Assembly: GCA_900751755.1 (NCBI GenBank) | Contig: CAADSP010000075.1 | Location: 13,916 to 77,915 of the forward strand | Source: an uncultured Collinsella sp. | GTDB taxonomy: Bacteria > Actinomycetota > Coriobacteriia > Coriobacteriales > Coriobacteriaceae | Length of the DNA: 64,000 nucleotides | Reading direction: 5' to 3' | Part shown: positions 10,342 through 20,271 of the stretch, piece by piece | How positions within the stretch are numbered: the first letter of the stretch is position 1 | How the letters are laid out: each line of letters begins with the position of its first letter | The notes under the pieces: generated by a model | The model's database searches: none | What the model was told of the DNA's origin: nothing | The model's input: the letters and a program-made list of their open reading frames with translations, nothing else | Translations under genes and position numbers: made by a program

Positions 10342-10378
10342 AAAACGGGAGCTGGATGTGATCCGGCTCCCGTTTTTG
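10342..10378. terminator. Bidirectional terminator between ABC operon and flavodoxin gene
   Basis: AAAACGGGAGCTGG ... CCGGCTCCCGTTTTTGTT. Confidence 0.75.
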
Positions 10379-10433
10379 TTGGGACACGAATGTGTTTTGG
10401 CGCAGAGCGCGTTACGGGCGGAGCTCATTGCCG

Positions 10434-10853
10434 CTAGGCGAGCTCGGCTCCAAGGGCGCGGCAGGCCGCCTCGCCCTCATCGTCGGGGGCGTCGTAACAG
10501 ATGACGGAGTCGACCACGTTGACGCCTGCCTCATCGGCGTCCGCCTTCCAATTGTCCATCCATTCGCCTTCGGCCCACGAATAAGAGCCAAAGAGGACGA
10601 CCTTCTTGTCGCCGAGGGTCTCCTTGACTTCGTCCCACATCGGTTGGAACTCATCGTATTCAAGCTCCTCGGAGCCCATGGCGGGGCAACCGAAGGCGAA
10701 GGCATCATAGTCGGCGGCCCTGCCGGCAGAGAAGTCGGCGCAGGGGATGACTTCGGCCTCGGCGCCCGCGGACGTGGTGCCCTCGGCAACGAGGTTTGCC
10801 ATGGCCTCGGTGTTGCCCGTGCCGCTCCAATAGACGACGGCGATCTTGCTCAT
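10434..10853 (-). CDS. Flavodoxin (short-chain)
   Basis: MSKIAVVYWSGTGNTE FMN-binding loop, 139 aa. AAAGGA RBS. The track ORF is over-extended to 11312. Confidence 0.85.
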   Translation of the reverse strand: MSKIAVVYWSGTGNTEAMANLVAEGTTSAGAEAEVIPCADFSAGRAADYDAFAFGCPAMGSEELEYDEFQPMWDEVKETLGDKKVVLFGSYSWAEGEWMDNWKADADEAGVNVVDSVICYDAPDDEGEAACRALGAELA

Positions 10854-10899
10854 GTTGAGTCCTTTCGGTTGTGCGGCGTGCGGCCGCGGTTTGTACGTT

Positions 10900-11604
10900 C
10901 TATCGGGTCGCCTGGGCAAGGTGCGCCAAGCTGCAGCCCTGCTGATAGATAAAGGTGAGGTGTTGGGTGCAGGCACGGTACGCATCAAACGTCGCAAGTG
11001 CCTGCTCGACATTCGTATAGACCTTCCAGGCTCCAAAGATCTTGTAGTTCTCGCCACGCTGGGCGATGAACTCGTATACGTCGTCGCAGGGGTACCCCAG
11101 GAAGTAGCCAATCTCGTGTGGAAATTCGCAGGCGCAGTCGTTGTTGCAGCAGACTTGCTGATCCAGTGCGCATCGAGTCTGGCCGCAGGCGCATTCCGCG
11201 GCGTTATTGCTCGCGAGCGTGATGCGTGATGCCAGGTGCACAAGACATGCCGAGAGGTTGCCGGTGTCGTAGCCCTTCTTGGCGAGTGCCGTTTTGGCGC
11301 GCGGGTCAGCAAGGTAAGTGGCGAGGCTATTGGGCCGATATGCGTATACGAGCGCCCCGCAGGGGCGCCAGACCAAAACGCTCAGATGGATACCGAACGG
11401 ATTAAGCTCGTGATTGCACCGGACGATAACGTTGAGCAGGCGTGCTCGGCGATCCTCGATCGCCGCAGTTACGCTTGAGCCGTCTTGATCGGCATAAACT
11501 CCTGGATAGGTAAAGAGCGATGCCGGTTTGATGCCCGCGAGCGTGGGGGAGCAGTTGCGCACGACTGCCGCCTGAAACGTTGGGATGTCTATGGTTCGAG
11601 TCAC
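10900..11604 (-). CDS. Cys-rich hypothetical protein, DUF3793-like (typically flavodoxin-associated)
   Basis: 234 aa with several conserved-looking Cys pairs (CACGQTRC, CCNNDCAC). Adjacent to and co-oriented with flavodoxin. The family assignment is from memory. Confidence 0.5.
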   Translation of the reverse strand: MTRTIDIPTFQAAVVRNCSPTLAGIKPASLFTYPGVYADQDGSSVTAAIEDRRARLLNVIVRCNHELNPFGIHLSVLVWRPCGALVYAYRPNSLATYLADPRAKTALAKKGYDTGNLSACLVHLASRITLASNNAAECACGQTRCALDQQVCCNNDCACEFPHEIGYFLGYPCDDVYEFIAQRGENYKIFGAWKVYTNVEQALATFDAYRACTQHLTFIYQQGCSLAHLAQATR

Positions 11605-11732
11605 GACGCTCCTTACGGATCTAAACTGTTAGCCTAGGAAAACTTATACACGAAAGTAAGCCTTGGTCAACTAAAAAGTTTGAATAGGGAAACTAATTGA
11701 CCGAACGGACATGATTTTGGGTTAAGATGGAG

Positions 11733-11749
11733 ACACCCCATGGGGGTAT
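11733..11749 (+). promoter_or_regulatory. GC-tract palindrome ACACCCCATGGGGGTAT, candidate CsoR-type metal-responsive operator
   Basis: Lies between promoter-like hexamers (TTGACC ... TAAGAT) and the RBS of the HMA-domain gene. Confidence 0.35.
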
Positions 11750-11778
11750 CTAGATAGTGCTACTTGAAAGGGGAACGC

Positions 11779-12162
11779 ATGAGTGACTTGCTCAACCCTG
11801 CGAATCTCATCGTGCTGGCTGTCATTGCCGTCGGCATGTTTTTTGGACTGCGTCGCATTGCCGCTTCGACACACGGGAAGAGTTGTTGCAGCGATGGCGC
11901 GAGCGGCAAGAGGGCCAAAAAGGTTGTTGTGGTGGATACCGATGCATCGCACTATCCCTATAGCGACGAGCTGCTCATCGGCGGCATGAGCTGTGACGGC
12001 TGCGCTCAGAACGTAGCCAATGCCCTCAATACGCTTGATGGCGTGTGGGCTACGGTGACGTATGCGGACCACACGGCACGCGTACGCTCGAAGCGCCCGG
12101 TTGATCGCGACGCACTCGAGACGGCGGTGAGGGGCGCGGGCTATTACGTTATGAAAATGTAG
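11779..12162 (+). CDS. Membrane-anchored heavy-metal-associated (HMA) domain protein, copper-chaperone-like
   Basis: N-terminal TM helix, Cys-rich segment (KSCCSDG), then an HMA fold with the GMSCDGC metal-binding motif. Confidence 0.7.
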   Translation: MSDLLNPANLIVLAVIAVGMFFGLRRIAASTHGKSCCSDGASGKRAKKVVVVDTDASHYPYSDELLIGGMSCDGCAQNVANALNTLDGVWATVTYADHTARVRSKRPVDRDALETAVRGAGYYVMKM

Positions 12163-12435
12163 GCGTTGCCCTCTCCGGTGGGTACCAGCCTCCTGCCCAT
12201 TGTGACTATCGGTATCCAAAAATTTGCGCAAAAAATAATCTTTAGATGCGGCGAAAGTGGAGTTTGGTGACGGTTTGCGCGGAATTCGCCACCAATCGAG
12301 CATCTATTAACCCGTCCAAAAAATTACAGGTGTATATTTATACGCTGATTATTGCTGCGCCCAGATCGCAATTAAACGTGGACAGAGATGAGAAATGCTA
12401 AAACTGGGCTTAAGGTCAGGGGAGGCTATAGCTTT

Positions 12436-14997
12436 ATGAGACGAGTGAGAACACTTGGCTTGGTGGCAGCGCTTGCCGCTATCTTGGTATCGCCGCTGCC
12501 GGCGCACGCCGAAGACGCTTCGGGTGCCGTTACCTACAATGCGGGAAATGGGTATTCCTTTGAGAAGCTCTCGCATCCTACGGTAGGAACGTCGCAGCCG
12601 GATGGCATCGTCGACTACCAGGGTAACGGTGCCGTTGCCGTTCCGGGTGCCGATGGTAATACGGCCAACAACGAAGGCGATCGCGGCCAGAGCTACACTT
12701 GGGCGGCTGCGAGCTATGGTGACTGGCTTTATGTGGGCACCTGCTATGCGGCGATGGGCAACACGCTTACGCTCATGGACAGCACGCTGGGCGATTCCTT
12801 TGATGCCGAGACCATGCGCCTGACGCTGGAGGCCATGTTTAACGGCACGTTCTTCTATGGACAGCAGAAGGAGGACGGCACGGCCGACAAGGACAGCGGC
12901 GGCATCTTGGTTAAGATCAATACCAAGACCGGTGAGACCAAGCTGCTGCTCTCTGAATCGCTCAACGGCGTCGGTCCTTTGTTCCGCAATGCCGTGAGCT
13001 ATAAGGGTAAGCTCTATTTCTGCGGCAGCGTCAGGACCAATGGCGGCAAAAGCGGTCTGCCTTCTGTATACGAGATCGATCCTAAGACGGATGAGTGGAA
13101 AGTTGTCTATCAGGGCCTTTCGAGCGTGGACGATTACCGCGATGCCTACAAGCAGGGCATCTCAACCGGTATCCGCGGCATGTGCGTCCATGATGGCCAG
13201 CTCGTCATCAGCAATGTGGGTAAAGCGGGCAATGAGTTTGTGGCGACAATCCTGACGTCATCTGACCCTTCGAAGGGCCAGGCTAGCTTCACCGAGATTG
13301 CTAACTCGAAGACGCTGTTTGGCTATCCGGCGATTCGCTATCAGGACAGCATCTACGGTGGCGCCATTTGGGATATGGTTTCGTACAATGGCCATCTCTA
13401 TGCGACCATCTGCACCGGTACGCCCGAGAACGCTCCCGATGATAATTCCATGCAGTCGTTTGCCATGGTTCGTGGCGACAAGAACGCCGACGGCAGCTAT
13501 TCGTGGACTCCCATTGTTGGCGATAAGGATGCGACCGATCCAAAGTGCCGTGCAAAGTACTGCTTTGGCATCGATCCTGCCCGTACCCGTTCTGGCGCTG
13601 CCAACCTCATCGTCTACAACGACTACCTCTATATCGGTGAATACAACGACGAGGAGATTGCCCTCGAGCGCATCCTGTTCAACAAATCCAACACCGAAGA
13701 GGGCGGCAAGAGCAGCATGGGCGGCGTTGACTGCTCGTTTGTGAATGCCAATCTTGAGCAGTCGGTTAACATCTATCGCATGGACAAGGACGAGAACATG
13801 GAGCTCGTCGTTGGCGATCGCACCGACATGTTCCCCGAGGGCGGCATTTCCGGCCTGACTTCGGGCTTTGGCCGAAACGAGAACCAGTACATTTGGCGCA
13901 TGCAGAAGTTCGACGGCAAGCTGTATATCGGTACCTTTGATACCGCGAGCCTGCTTGAGCCGATCGGCCAGTTCTCCAATGGCGACATTATCGATATGAC
14001 GCCCGAGGAGTGGGACTCTCAGGTTCAGCGCCTTAGGGACCTGCTCGATCACCTGCTCGACAAGAAATCGCCTGACGACCCCATCGTTCCCGTGAACACG
14101 CTTGCGGACGATGATTCAAACGAGGCCGTCGAGGTCGATGATTCGAACGAAGCTGCCGAGGTTGATGATTCAAACGAGGCCGTCGATGTCGATGACGAGA
14201 AGACCGAGGTTGCTAAGGGCTTTGGCGATCTAAGCGATGCGCTGGAGGATGCCACGGGCGATCTTTGCGATCAGGCCTCGACGATGTCCCAGGACTTTGA
14301 GGACGACGCCGCTTATGTCCAGAAGATCGATGGCGAGATCGCGTACTTCAAGTCCTTTGCCGACCAGTATCAGGACATGCTCGATAGCTATGAGAGCCTG
14401 AAGCAGCAGTACGAGGATGCCTATGGCACCGAGCTGCCGGGCGATATTCAGGATGCGCTCGATAAGCTGCTGAGCGAGGAGAACCTCAAGAAGCTGCAGA
14501 GCGTGCTTACGTGCATGTACTACCTGCGCGATGCCGAGCGCGGCTTTGATATGTATGTGACCGAGGACGGCGTGAACTTTACGACGCTGACGACCAATGG
14601 CTTTAACGATCCGTATAACCATGGTCTGCGCACCTTTGCGGTGACCAACCAGGGTCTGTGCCTTGGTACCGCCAACCCGTTCTATGGCTGCCAGGTTTGG
14701 ATCCAGCGCAAGGAGAATTCGGAGAATCCGATTGATCCCGGTACTCCGGATCCGACGAAACCCACCAATCCTTCGCAGCCGGGTGGCGGCGATCAGCCTG
14801 GTGGCAGCCAGACGGGCGGCAACGACCAGTCGAGCAGCACCACGACCACCGTCACGACGGCCACTAAGAAGACTCCGAAGGACGGCTCGCTGCCTCACGC
14901 TGGCGACTCGACCCTCACGCTGGTCTTGGGATTGCTGGTTGCAGCTGCCGCGGTGCTTGGCATTGCCCTCGTCTTGCGCAAGCGTTCTTGTCGCTAG
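12436..14997 (+). CDS. Large cell-surface protein with a cell-wall sorting signal (LPHAG, then TM, then RKRSCR)
   Basis: Signal peptide. Repeated G-x-LY-x-G strand motifs suggest a beta-propeller. Acidic tandem repeats. Pro/Thr-rich stalk. A C-terminal sortase-type signal. Confidence 0.75.
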   Translation: MRRVRTLGLVAALAAILVSPLPAHAEDASGAVTYNAGNGYSFEKLSHPTVGTSQPDGIVDYQGNGAVAVPGADGNTANNEGDRGQSYTWAAASYGDWLYVGTCYAAMGNTLTLMDSTLGDSFDAETMRLTLEAMFNGTFFYGQQKEDGTADKDSGGILVKINTKTGETKLLLSESLNGVGPLFRNAVSYKGKLYFCGSVRTNGGKSGLPSVYEIDPKTDEWKVVYQGLSSVDDYRDAYKQGISTGIRGMCVHDGQLVISNVGKAGNEFVATILTSSDPSKGQASFTEIANSKTLFGYPAIRYQDSIYGGAIWDMVSYNGHLYATICTGTPENAPDDNSMQSFAMVRGDKNADGSYSWTPIVGDKDATDPKCRAKYCFGIDPARTRSGAANLIVYNDYLYIGEYNDEEIALERILFNKSNTEEGGKSSMGGVDCSFVNANLEQSVNIYRMDKDENMELVVGDRTDMFPEGGISGLTSGFGRNENQYIWRMQKFDGKLYIGTFDTASLLEPIGQFSNGDIIDMTPEEWDSQVQRLRDLLDHLLDKKSPDDPIVPVNTLADDDSNEAVEVDDSNEAAEVDDSNEAVDVDDEKTEVAKGFGDLSDALEDATGDLCDQASTMSQDFEDDAAYVQKIDGEIAYFKSFADQYQDMLDSYESLKQQYEDAYGTELPGDIQDALDKLLSEENLKKLQSVLTCMYYLRDAERGFDMYVTEDGVNFTTLTTNGFNDPYNHGLRTFAVTNQGLCLGTANPFYGCQVWIQRKENSENPIDPGTPDPTKPTNPSQPGGGDQPGGSQTGGNDQSSSTTTTVTTATKKTPKDGSLPHAGDSTLTLVLGLLVAAAAVLGIALVLRKRSCR
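14098..14190 (+). repeat. Three tandem 30-nt coding repeats (DDSNEAVEV units) inside the surface-protein gene
   Basis: GATGATTCAAACGAGGCCGTCGAGGTC appears three times with silent or conservative changes. Confidence 0.8.
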
Positions 14998-15419
14998 GCG
15001 CGTCCGCGCAGCTCGATGTTTTTGATATCGTCGAAGTCGATGGCGATATCCCTGAGTTTGAGCAGCTTGAATGCGGGTAACACTTCGTCGAGAATGCCCG
15101 TGCGGCTACGATAGCCGTACATATCGTAATAGGTGACGCGCACCAGGTCGCCGCGTTTGAGGCCCTCGAGCTTTTTCGAAAGCTCGAGGGCGTTTTCTTC
15201 CGTGAGTTCGCATTTGGGCTCAACAGTGATCTCTTGTTTGCGCACGAGCTCGTAGTATCCCGTGAGGGCGGCAAAGGGCATAAACTGTGCGGCACGGCCG
15301 GCGCGGACGGCGCCGTTGGCGGTGAGCTTGGGGTCGGCGGATCGACGTCTTCCCTCGGGGTCCGCTAGACGTTCAAAAGGCGTCGGTGGCCGCATCGGCT
15401 GTTGTTGGGACTTAGGCAC
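14994..15419 (-). CDS. YolD-like protein (accessory to Y-family polymerase)
   Basis: GTG start 6 nt after AGGAGG, overlapping the polymerase stop. The C-terminal region resembles YolD family proteins found downstream of uvrX/yqjW-type polymerases. Confidence 0.6.
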   Translation of the reverse strand: MPKSQQQPMRPPTPFERLADPEGRRRSADPKLTANGAVRAGRAAQFMPFAALTGYYELVRKQEITVEPKCELTEENALELSKKLEGLKRGDLVRVTYYDMYGYRSRTGILDEVLPAFKLLKLRDIAIDFDDIKNIELRGRA

Positions 15420-16989
15420 GATGTCCTCCTACCTGATCGTTGCGTTCGCGTGCGGTGGCGCCGGCGGTGAAGCTTAATCCCTTGACGAGCGCGTTCTTGC
15501 CGTACTTGCCCTTCACGGCCAGGACGGCGCGCGCCAGGTCGCGCTCGCGCTCATCGGCCTTAACATCGCTGAACAGGTCGATAGTGGCAAATTCCTCGGG
15601 CACCAGATTGCCAAATCCCAGGTTGATGCGCTTGACCGGTCGTTTGGGATCGACAGTCTGCGCCCAGAGCTCATCGAAATAGCCCATGATCTTCTTAAAC
15701 GAATTGGTGCGCTCGGGCAGCTTGCGCGAGGCGTTGGAGTGCGCAAAGAGCGCGGCATAGCCACCACGCGGCTTGCCGCCGTGTTCGCCCACAAAGATGC
15801 CGTCAATCGCCTGTGCCTCTCGCACCAAACGTCGGCGTTCGTCATCGCGCTGGACGGGCTTGGGCGCGCGGGGTGCGAGCTTGGGGCCGGCGGTTGCGGC
15901 GGGTTCGATGCTCGACGTGCTCGAACGCAAATGCCCGCATCCGTCTACATATTGCGCTGTGCCGCTGGCGTCGAGGCGGCGTATGTCGGCGCGCTCGCTC
16001 GCGTAGCCTACAAAGAGCGAGATGCTGTTGCACACCACGTGCTTATCGACTAAGTCCAGCACAGCGTTGTCGACCATCTCGCGCAACACGGTGTAGGCTT
16101 GCTCATAGGCATAACCCTTCGATAGCACTTGCCCCGTGGTTGTTGAGGTTGCCTGCGGGCGATAGGCCTGAATATCGGCGATAGTTGTCGGCTCGCGCCC
16201 AAAGGCGTGGTCGATAAGATACTCGGCATTGACGCCGAGCTCGTCGTAGAGCAGGTTTTCGTCGAGCGCCGCGACGCCCATCAGATCGTAGACGCCGTAT
16301 TTTTCGAGTCGTGCTGCCACGCCGGGCCCAATGCCCCAGATGTCGGTGATGGGGCGATGGGGCCAGATCTCCTTGCGAAAGGTCTCGTCGTCGAGTTTGC
16401 CGATGCGGCTGGGTACGTGCTTGGCGGTAATGTCGAGTGCCACCTTGGCCTGGAATAGGTTGGGGCCGATGCCAACCGTTGCCGTGATGCCGGTGCGCGC
16501 CAGGACCTCGTCGCGCAACATGCAGGCGAAGCCTTCAGCGTCGGTGTGATAGAGGTCCAGATAGGGTGTCACGTCGATAAAGCATTCGTCGATGGAGTAG
16601 ACGTGCACGTCTTGCGGACTCACGTATTCCAGATAGATACCGTAAATTTGCGCCGACACCTCCATGTAGTGCTGCATGCGCGGTATGGCCTTGATGTAGT
16701 CGATGCCGTCGGGAATTTCGAACAGACGGCAGCGATTGTGTATCCCCAGGTCCTTCATGGCCTGTGTGATGGCGAGGCAGATGGTCGTGCGCCCGCGCGA
16801 TTCGTCGGCAACGACCAGGTTGGTGGTGAGCGGGTTGAGCCCGCGGTCAACGCACTCGACGCTAGCGTAGAACGTCTTAAGGTCGATGCAGACATAGGTG
16901 TGACGCTCGTGCCCCACGCGTCCTCCCATCAAACACATGTTCTTATCGAATACATGTTCGATAATACCCGCTTGTGCGGACATCGTCAA
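15412..16989 (-). CDS. Y-family (translesion) DNA polymerase, UmuC/DinB-like
   Basis: N-terminal catalytic core motifs (YVCIDLKTFYASVE, SIDECFIDVT), 525 aa. TTG/ATG start after AAAGGGA. Confidence 0.85.
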   Translation of the reverse strand: MTMSAQAGIIEHVFDKNMCLMGGRVGHERHTYVCIDLKTFYASVECVDRGLNPLTTNLVVADESRGRTTICLAITQAMKDLGIHNRCRLFEIPDGIDYIKAIPRMQHYMEVSAQIYGIYLEYVSPQDVHVYSIDECFIDVTPYLDLYHTDAEGFACMLRDEVLARTGITATVGIGPNLFQAKVALDITAKHVPSRIGKLDDETFRKEIWPHRPITDIWGIGPGVAARLEKYGVYDLMGVAALDENLLYDELGVNAEYLIDHAFGREPTTIADIQAYRPQATSTTTGQVLSKGYAYEQAYTVLREMVDNAVLDLVDKHVVCNSISLFVGYASERADIRRLDASGTAQYVDGCGHLRSSTSSIEPAATAGPKLAPRAPKPVQRDDERRRLVREAQAIDGIFVGEHGGKPRGGYAALFAHSNASRKLPERTNSFKKIMGYFDELWAQTVDPKRPVKRINLGFGNLVPEEFATIDLFSDVKADERERDLARAVLAVKGKYGKNALVKGLSFTAGATARERNDQVGGHRA

Positions 16990-17130
16990 AACCTGTCCCT
17001 TTTTGGTCGGTTGCCGTTTGGGGGGCCGATTGGCAACGCTCGCTGATTGTAGTCTTGACCTGCGCTAGAATAGTGGCATCTGAATGTCCGGGCGCATGGA
17101 GGCGTGCGCCCGTATGCTGAGGAGGACTTT

Positions 17131-18825
17131 ATGGCAACTGTTGCCGCACCTATCGATGCTACGTCGACTGCCGCTTGGAAGGCGCTCGAGGCTCATCAGG
17201 AGAAGCTCGAGGCCGAAGGTATCGACCTCAAGGCCTGGTTCGCCGCCGATGCCGAGCGCGTGAACAAGCTGAGCTTTGACGCTGGTGACCTGCACTTCGA
17301 TCTGTCCAAGAACCTGGTGACCGATGAGACCGTCAAGCTGCTGTGCGATCTTGCCCGCGAGGTGAAGCTCGAGGAGCGCCGCGACGCCATGTTCTCCGGC
17401 GAGCACATCAACACCACCGAGGACCGCGCCGTCCTGCACACCGCGCTGCGCCGCCCGGCAAGCGAGAAGGGCCAGCTCATCGTCGACGGCCAGGACGTCG
17501 TCGCCGACGTGCACGAGGTCCTCGACCGCATGTATGCCTTTGCCGAGCGCGTGCGCTCCGGTGAGTGGAAGGGCGTTACCGGCAAGAAGATCGAGCATCT
17601 GGTGTCCATCGGCATCGGCGGCTCCGACCTGGGCCCGGTCATGGCCTACGAGGCCCTGCGTCCCTACGCCGACGCCGGTATCGACTGCCGTTACATCTCC
17701 AACATTGACCCCAACGATCAGGCAGAGAAGCTCAAGGGCCTCGATCCCGAGACCACGCTCGTGATCATTGTCTCCAAGACCTTCACCACGCTCGAGACCC
17801 TCACCAACGCCCGCGAGGTCAAGACCTGGATGCTCGAGCAGCTCAAGGCTCAGGGCGCCATCGACGGCTCCGATGAGCAGAACGCCGAGGCCGTGGCAAA
17901 GCACTTCGTCGCCGTCTCCACCGCACTCGAGAAGGTTGAGGCCTTCGGTATCGACCCCGCCAACGCCTTCGGTTTCTGGAACTGGGTCGGCGGCCGCTAC
18001 TCCGTCGACTCCGCCGTGGGCCTGTCGCTGATCGTCGTGCTTGGCCCCGAGCGCTTCCAGCAGTTCCTCGAGGGCTTCCACGCCATCGACGAGTACTTCT
18101 GCAACACGCCGCTCGAGAACAATGCCGTCGCGCTGATGGGTCTGCTCAACGTCTGGTACGTCAACTTCTTCGGTTCCAAGAGCCACGCCGTGCTTCCGTA
18201 CTGCCAGTATCTGCACCGCTTCCCGGCCTACCTGCAGCAGCTCACCATGGAGTCCAACGGCAAGCATGTCCGCTGGGACGGCAGCGCCGTGACCTCCGAC
18301 ACCGGTGAGATCTTCTGGGGCGAGCCCGGCACCAACGGCCAGCATGCCTTCTACCAGCTGCTGCACCAGGGCACCGTGGTGGTTCCGGCCGATTTCATCG
18401 CCTTCGCCAACACTGCCAACCCTGCGACCGATAGCGGTCAGGACGTGCATGAGCTGTTCCTGGGCAACTTCCTGGCCCAGACCAAGGCGCTCGCTTTTGG
18501 TAAGACGGCCGATGAGGTGCGCGCCGAGGGCACGCCCGAGCAGATCGTCCCGGCCCGTTGCTTTGAGGGCAACCGCCCGACGACCTCGATCTTCGGCGAC
18601 ACGCTGACCCCGTTTGCGCTCGGCGAGCTCATCGCCCTGTACGAGCACATCACGTTTGTCGAGGGCACGGTCTGGGGCATCGACTCCTACGACCAGTGGG
18701 GCGTCGAGCTGGGCAAGCAGCTTGCCAAGCAGATCACCCCGGCCTTCCACGACGACGCCGCCAAGGCCGAGCAGGACGCTTCGACCCAGGCGCTCATCGA
18801 GTTCTACCGCGCTCACCGCAAGTAG
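17131..18825 (+). CDS. pgi: Glucose-6-phosphate isomerase (long, actinobacterial/eukaryote-like type)
   Basis: GAGGAGG RBS. PGI signatures ([29 protein letters not shown]), 564 aa. Confidence 0.9.
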   Translation: MATVAAPIDATSTAAWKALEAHQEKLEAEGIDLKAWFAADAERVNKLSFDAGDLHFDLSKNLVTDETVKLLCDLAREVKLEERRDAMFSGEHINTTEDRAVLHTALRRPASEKGQLIVDGQDVVADVHEVLDRMYAFAERVRSGEWKGVTGKKIEHLVSIGIGGSDLGPVMAYEALRPYADAGIDCRYISNIDPNDQAEKLKGLDPETTLVIIVSKTFTTLETLTNAREVKTWMLEQLKAQGAIDGSDEQNAEAVAKHFVAVSTALEKVEAFGIDPANAFGFWNWVGGRYSVDSAVGLSLIVVLGPERFQQFLEGFHAIDEYFCNTPLENNAVALMGLLNVWYVNFFGSKSHAVLPYCQYLHRFPAYLQQLTMESNGKHVRWDGSAVTSDTGEIFWGEPGTNGQHAFYQLLHQGTVVVPADFIAFANTANPATDSGQDVHELFLGNFLAQTKALAFGKTADEVRAEGTPEQIVPARCFEGNRPTTSIFGDTLTPFALGELIALYEHITFVEGTVWGIDSYDQWGVELGKQLAKQITPAFHDDAAKAEQDASTQALIEFYRAHRK

Positions 18826-18857
18826 TCGCTGCTGTTAACGCATTGCGCCTTATAGCC

Positions 18858-18897
18858 AGGGCCCCGTATCCCATCGGATGCGGGCCCCTTTGCTTTG
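18858..18897. terminator. Hairpin terminator after pgi, also usable by the convergent island operon
   Basis: GGGCCCCGTATCC/GGATGCGGGCCCC stem (about 13 bp with 1 mismatch and 1 G:U) followed by TTTGCTTTG. Confidence 0.65.
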
Positions 18898-18966
18898 CCG
18901 TGGTCCCGGGGCGCACGGCCTTTGTGGAACATCGCCGGGGCGCCGCGCGCTGCGAGAACCCTGCGC

Positions 18967-20271
18967 CTAGATCTCGGCCTCCGCATGGCCTCGCTGCGCC
19001 TCGGGCAGCTCCCCGTAGAGCGGATGGTCTTCGAGCCTAAAGCGCTCGACCTGTTCGGGAGTGCGACCGCGTACAAAGAGCCACGAGCGATCGATCGGCG
19101 TCGCCATGAGCGTGCTGGGCAGCGCGTCGGCGCGGTCGGAAAACACCCGGGCACTCTCGGGATCCTGGAACGCCAGCACCAGATGCGTGTCGCAGTTGCC
19201 CATGATGGAGCGTGCGCGTGCCTCGCCATAGAGCGCATCGAGCTGGTTGGTCGACTGCAGCAGCAGCGTTGCCCAGATGTTGCGGCTTCGGATAATCGAG
19301 AGCACGTTGTCGATCTGGGGGATCTGCAGATTTGCGAAGTCATCGAGCATAAAGCGCACGGGCACGGGCAGGCTGCCGTCGGGCTGTCTATCGGCCTCGC
19401 GAATGAGGCCCATAAACGCCTGCGTAATAAAGAGGCCGGTCAGCGGATCGAGATTGCGGTCGATATCGCTCACGGTTACAAACAGGGCGCAGGGGGTGTG
19501 TCCCATGGAAGCGAAGTCCACCTGATGGTACTCACGATAGAGCTGTGCCGCACCGTCGAATCCCAGGCACATGACCTTTTCGGCAAGGATGCCGACGATG
19601 CTCGCGTGCATGCGCTCGGCATTTTGCGTAATGGCGTAGCGCCGCCATAGCGAGAGGGCATAGCTTTGGGGGTCGGTCGTGATCAGGTCGTCAAACAATC
19701 GACCCGTGGCACCGTCCTGCAGGTGCTCGATCAGCTTGATGACCGAGCTGATCGTCTGCTCGTCGGCGGGTAGCTGTTCGGTGACGTAGGCGATAAGACA
19801 CGACAGCAGGTTTGCCGCCGCATGATCCCAAAAAGGCTGGTTGTTGTCCTCGATGGGGCAGATGGCCTTTGCCACCGAGAGGATGTCCTGCTGGTTGGGC
19901 CTGCCGTCCGCCTTGCGGCGAATGTGCCTCAGGGGGTTGTAGCCGCAGCGCTCGATGCCGGGCGCAAGGGCCGGGACGGTGTTGAGGTCGGCGAAGTTGA
20001 GACATTGCACGCGGTAACCGTGGGCTGCCAGCACGGGTCCCACTTCGCGACAGAGCGTGCCTTTGGTGTCGAGCACGATGTAGCTTGCGTTCATTTGCAG
20101 CAGGTTGGGCTTGAGGACGTTTCGGGTCTTGCCGGCTCCCGAGGGGCCGATCACAAGTGCATTGTTGTTGAGTCCCGTTTGGCGGGTGTCGCAGGAAAGC
20201 GTTCGATCCTTGGCGAGGATGGTGGACGATGCGGACTCAGATGCGGCGAGGCGGCTGGCGAGGTTAGACAT
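18967..20271 (-). CDS. Soluble VirD4/TraG/TrwB-like P-loop ATPase (type IV coupling-protein ATPase domain without a membrane anchor)
   Basis: AAGGAGG RBS. Start overlaps the ClpP-like stop by 8 nt. Motif order is Walker A VIGPSGAGKT, KPNLL, SYIVLDTKG, YNPL, FWDHAAANLL, and a C-terminal TraG-D_C-like region. No TM helices. The track ORF extends into a Ser/Pro-rich false N-terminus. Confidence 0.6.
   Translation of the reverse strand: MSNLASRLAASESASSTILAKDRTLSCDTRQTGLNNNALVIGPSGAGKTRNVLKPNLLQMNASYIVLDTKGTLCREVGPVLAAHGYRVQCLNFADLNTVPALAPGIERCGYNPLRHIRRKADGRPNQQDILSVAKAICPIEDNNQPFWDHAAANLLSCLIAYVTEQLPADEQTISSVIKLIEHLQDGATGRLFDDLITTDPQSYALSLWRRYAITQNAERMHASIVGILAEKVMCLGFDGAAQLYREYHQVDFASMGHTPCALFVTVSDIDRNLDPLTGLFITQAFMGLIREADRQPDGSLPVPVRFMLDDFANLQIPQIDNVLSIIRSRNIWATLLLQSTNQLDALYGEARARSIMGNCDTHLVLAFQDPESARVFSDRADALPSTLMATPIDRSWLFVRGRTPEQVERFRLEDHPLYGELPEAQRGHAEAEI

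Noticed and set aside
10854-11312. N-terminal extension of the flavodoxin ORF to 292 aa
   Set aside because: Pro/Arg/Ala-rich sequence overlapping the DUF3793-like gene. Flavodoxin begins at MSKIAVVYWSGTG with its own RBS.
14049-14255. 68-aa minus-strand ORF with SSTSxASFE repeats
   Set aside because: Mirror image of the tandem 30-nt coding repeats in the surface-protein gene.
17065-18816. 583-aa minus-strand ORF
   Set aside because: Antisense mirror of pgi. No RBS, and a repetitive G/V/L/A composition.
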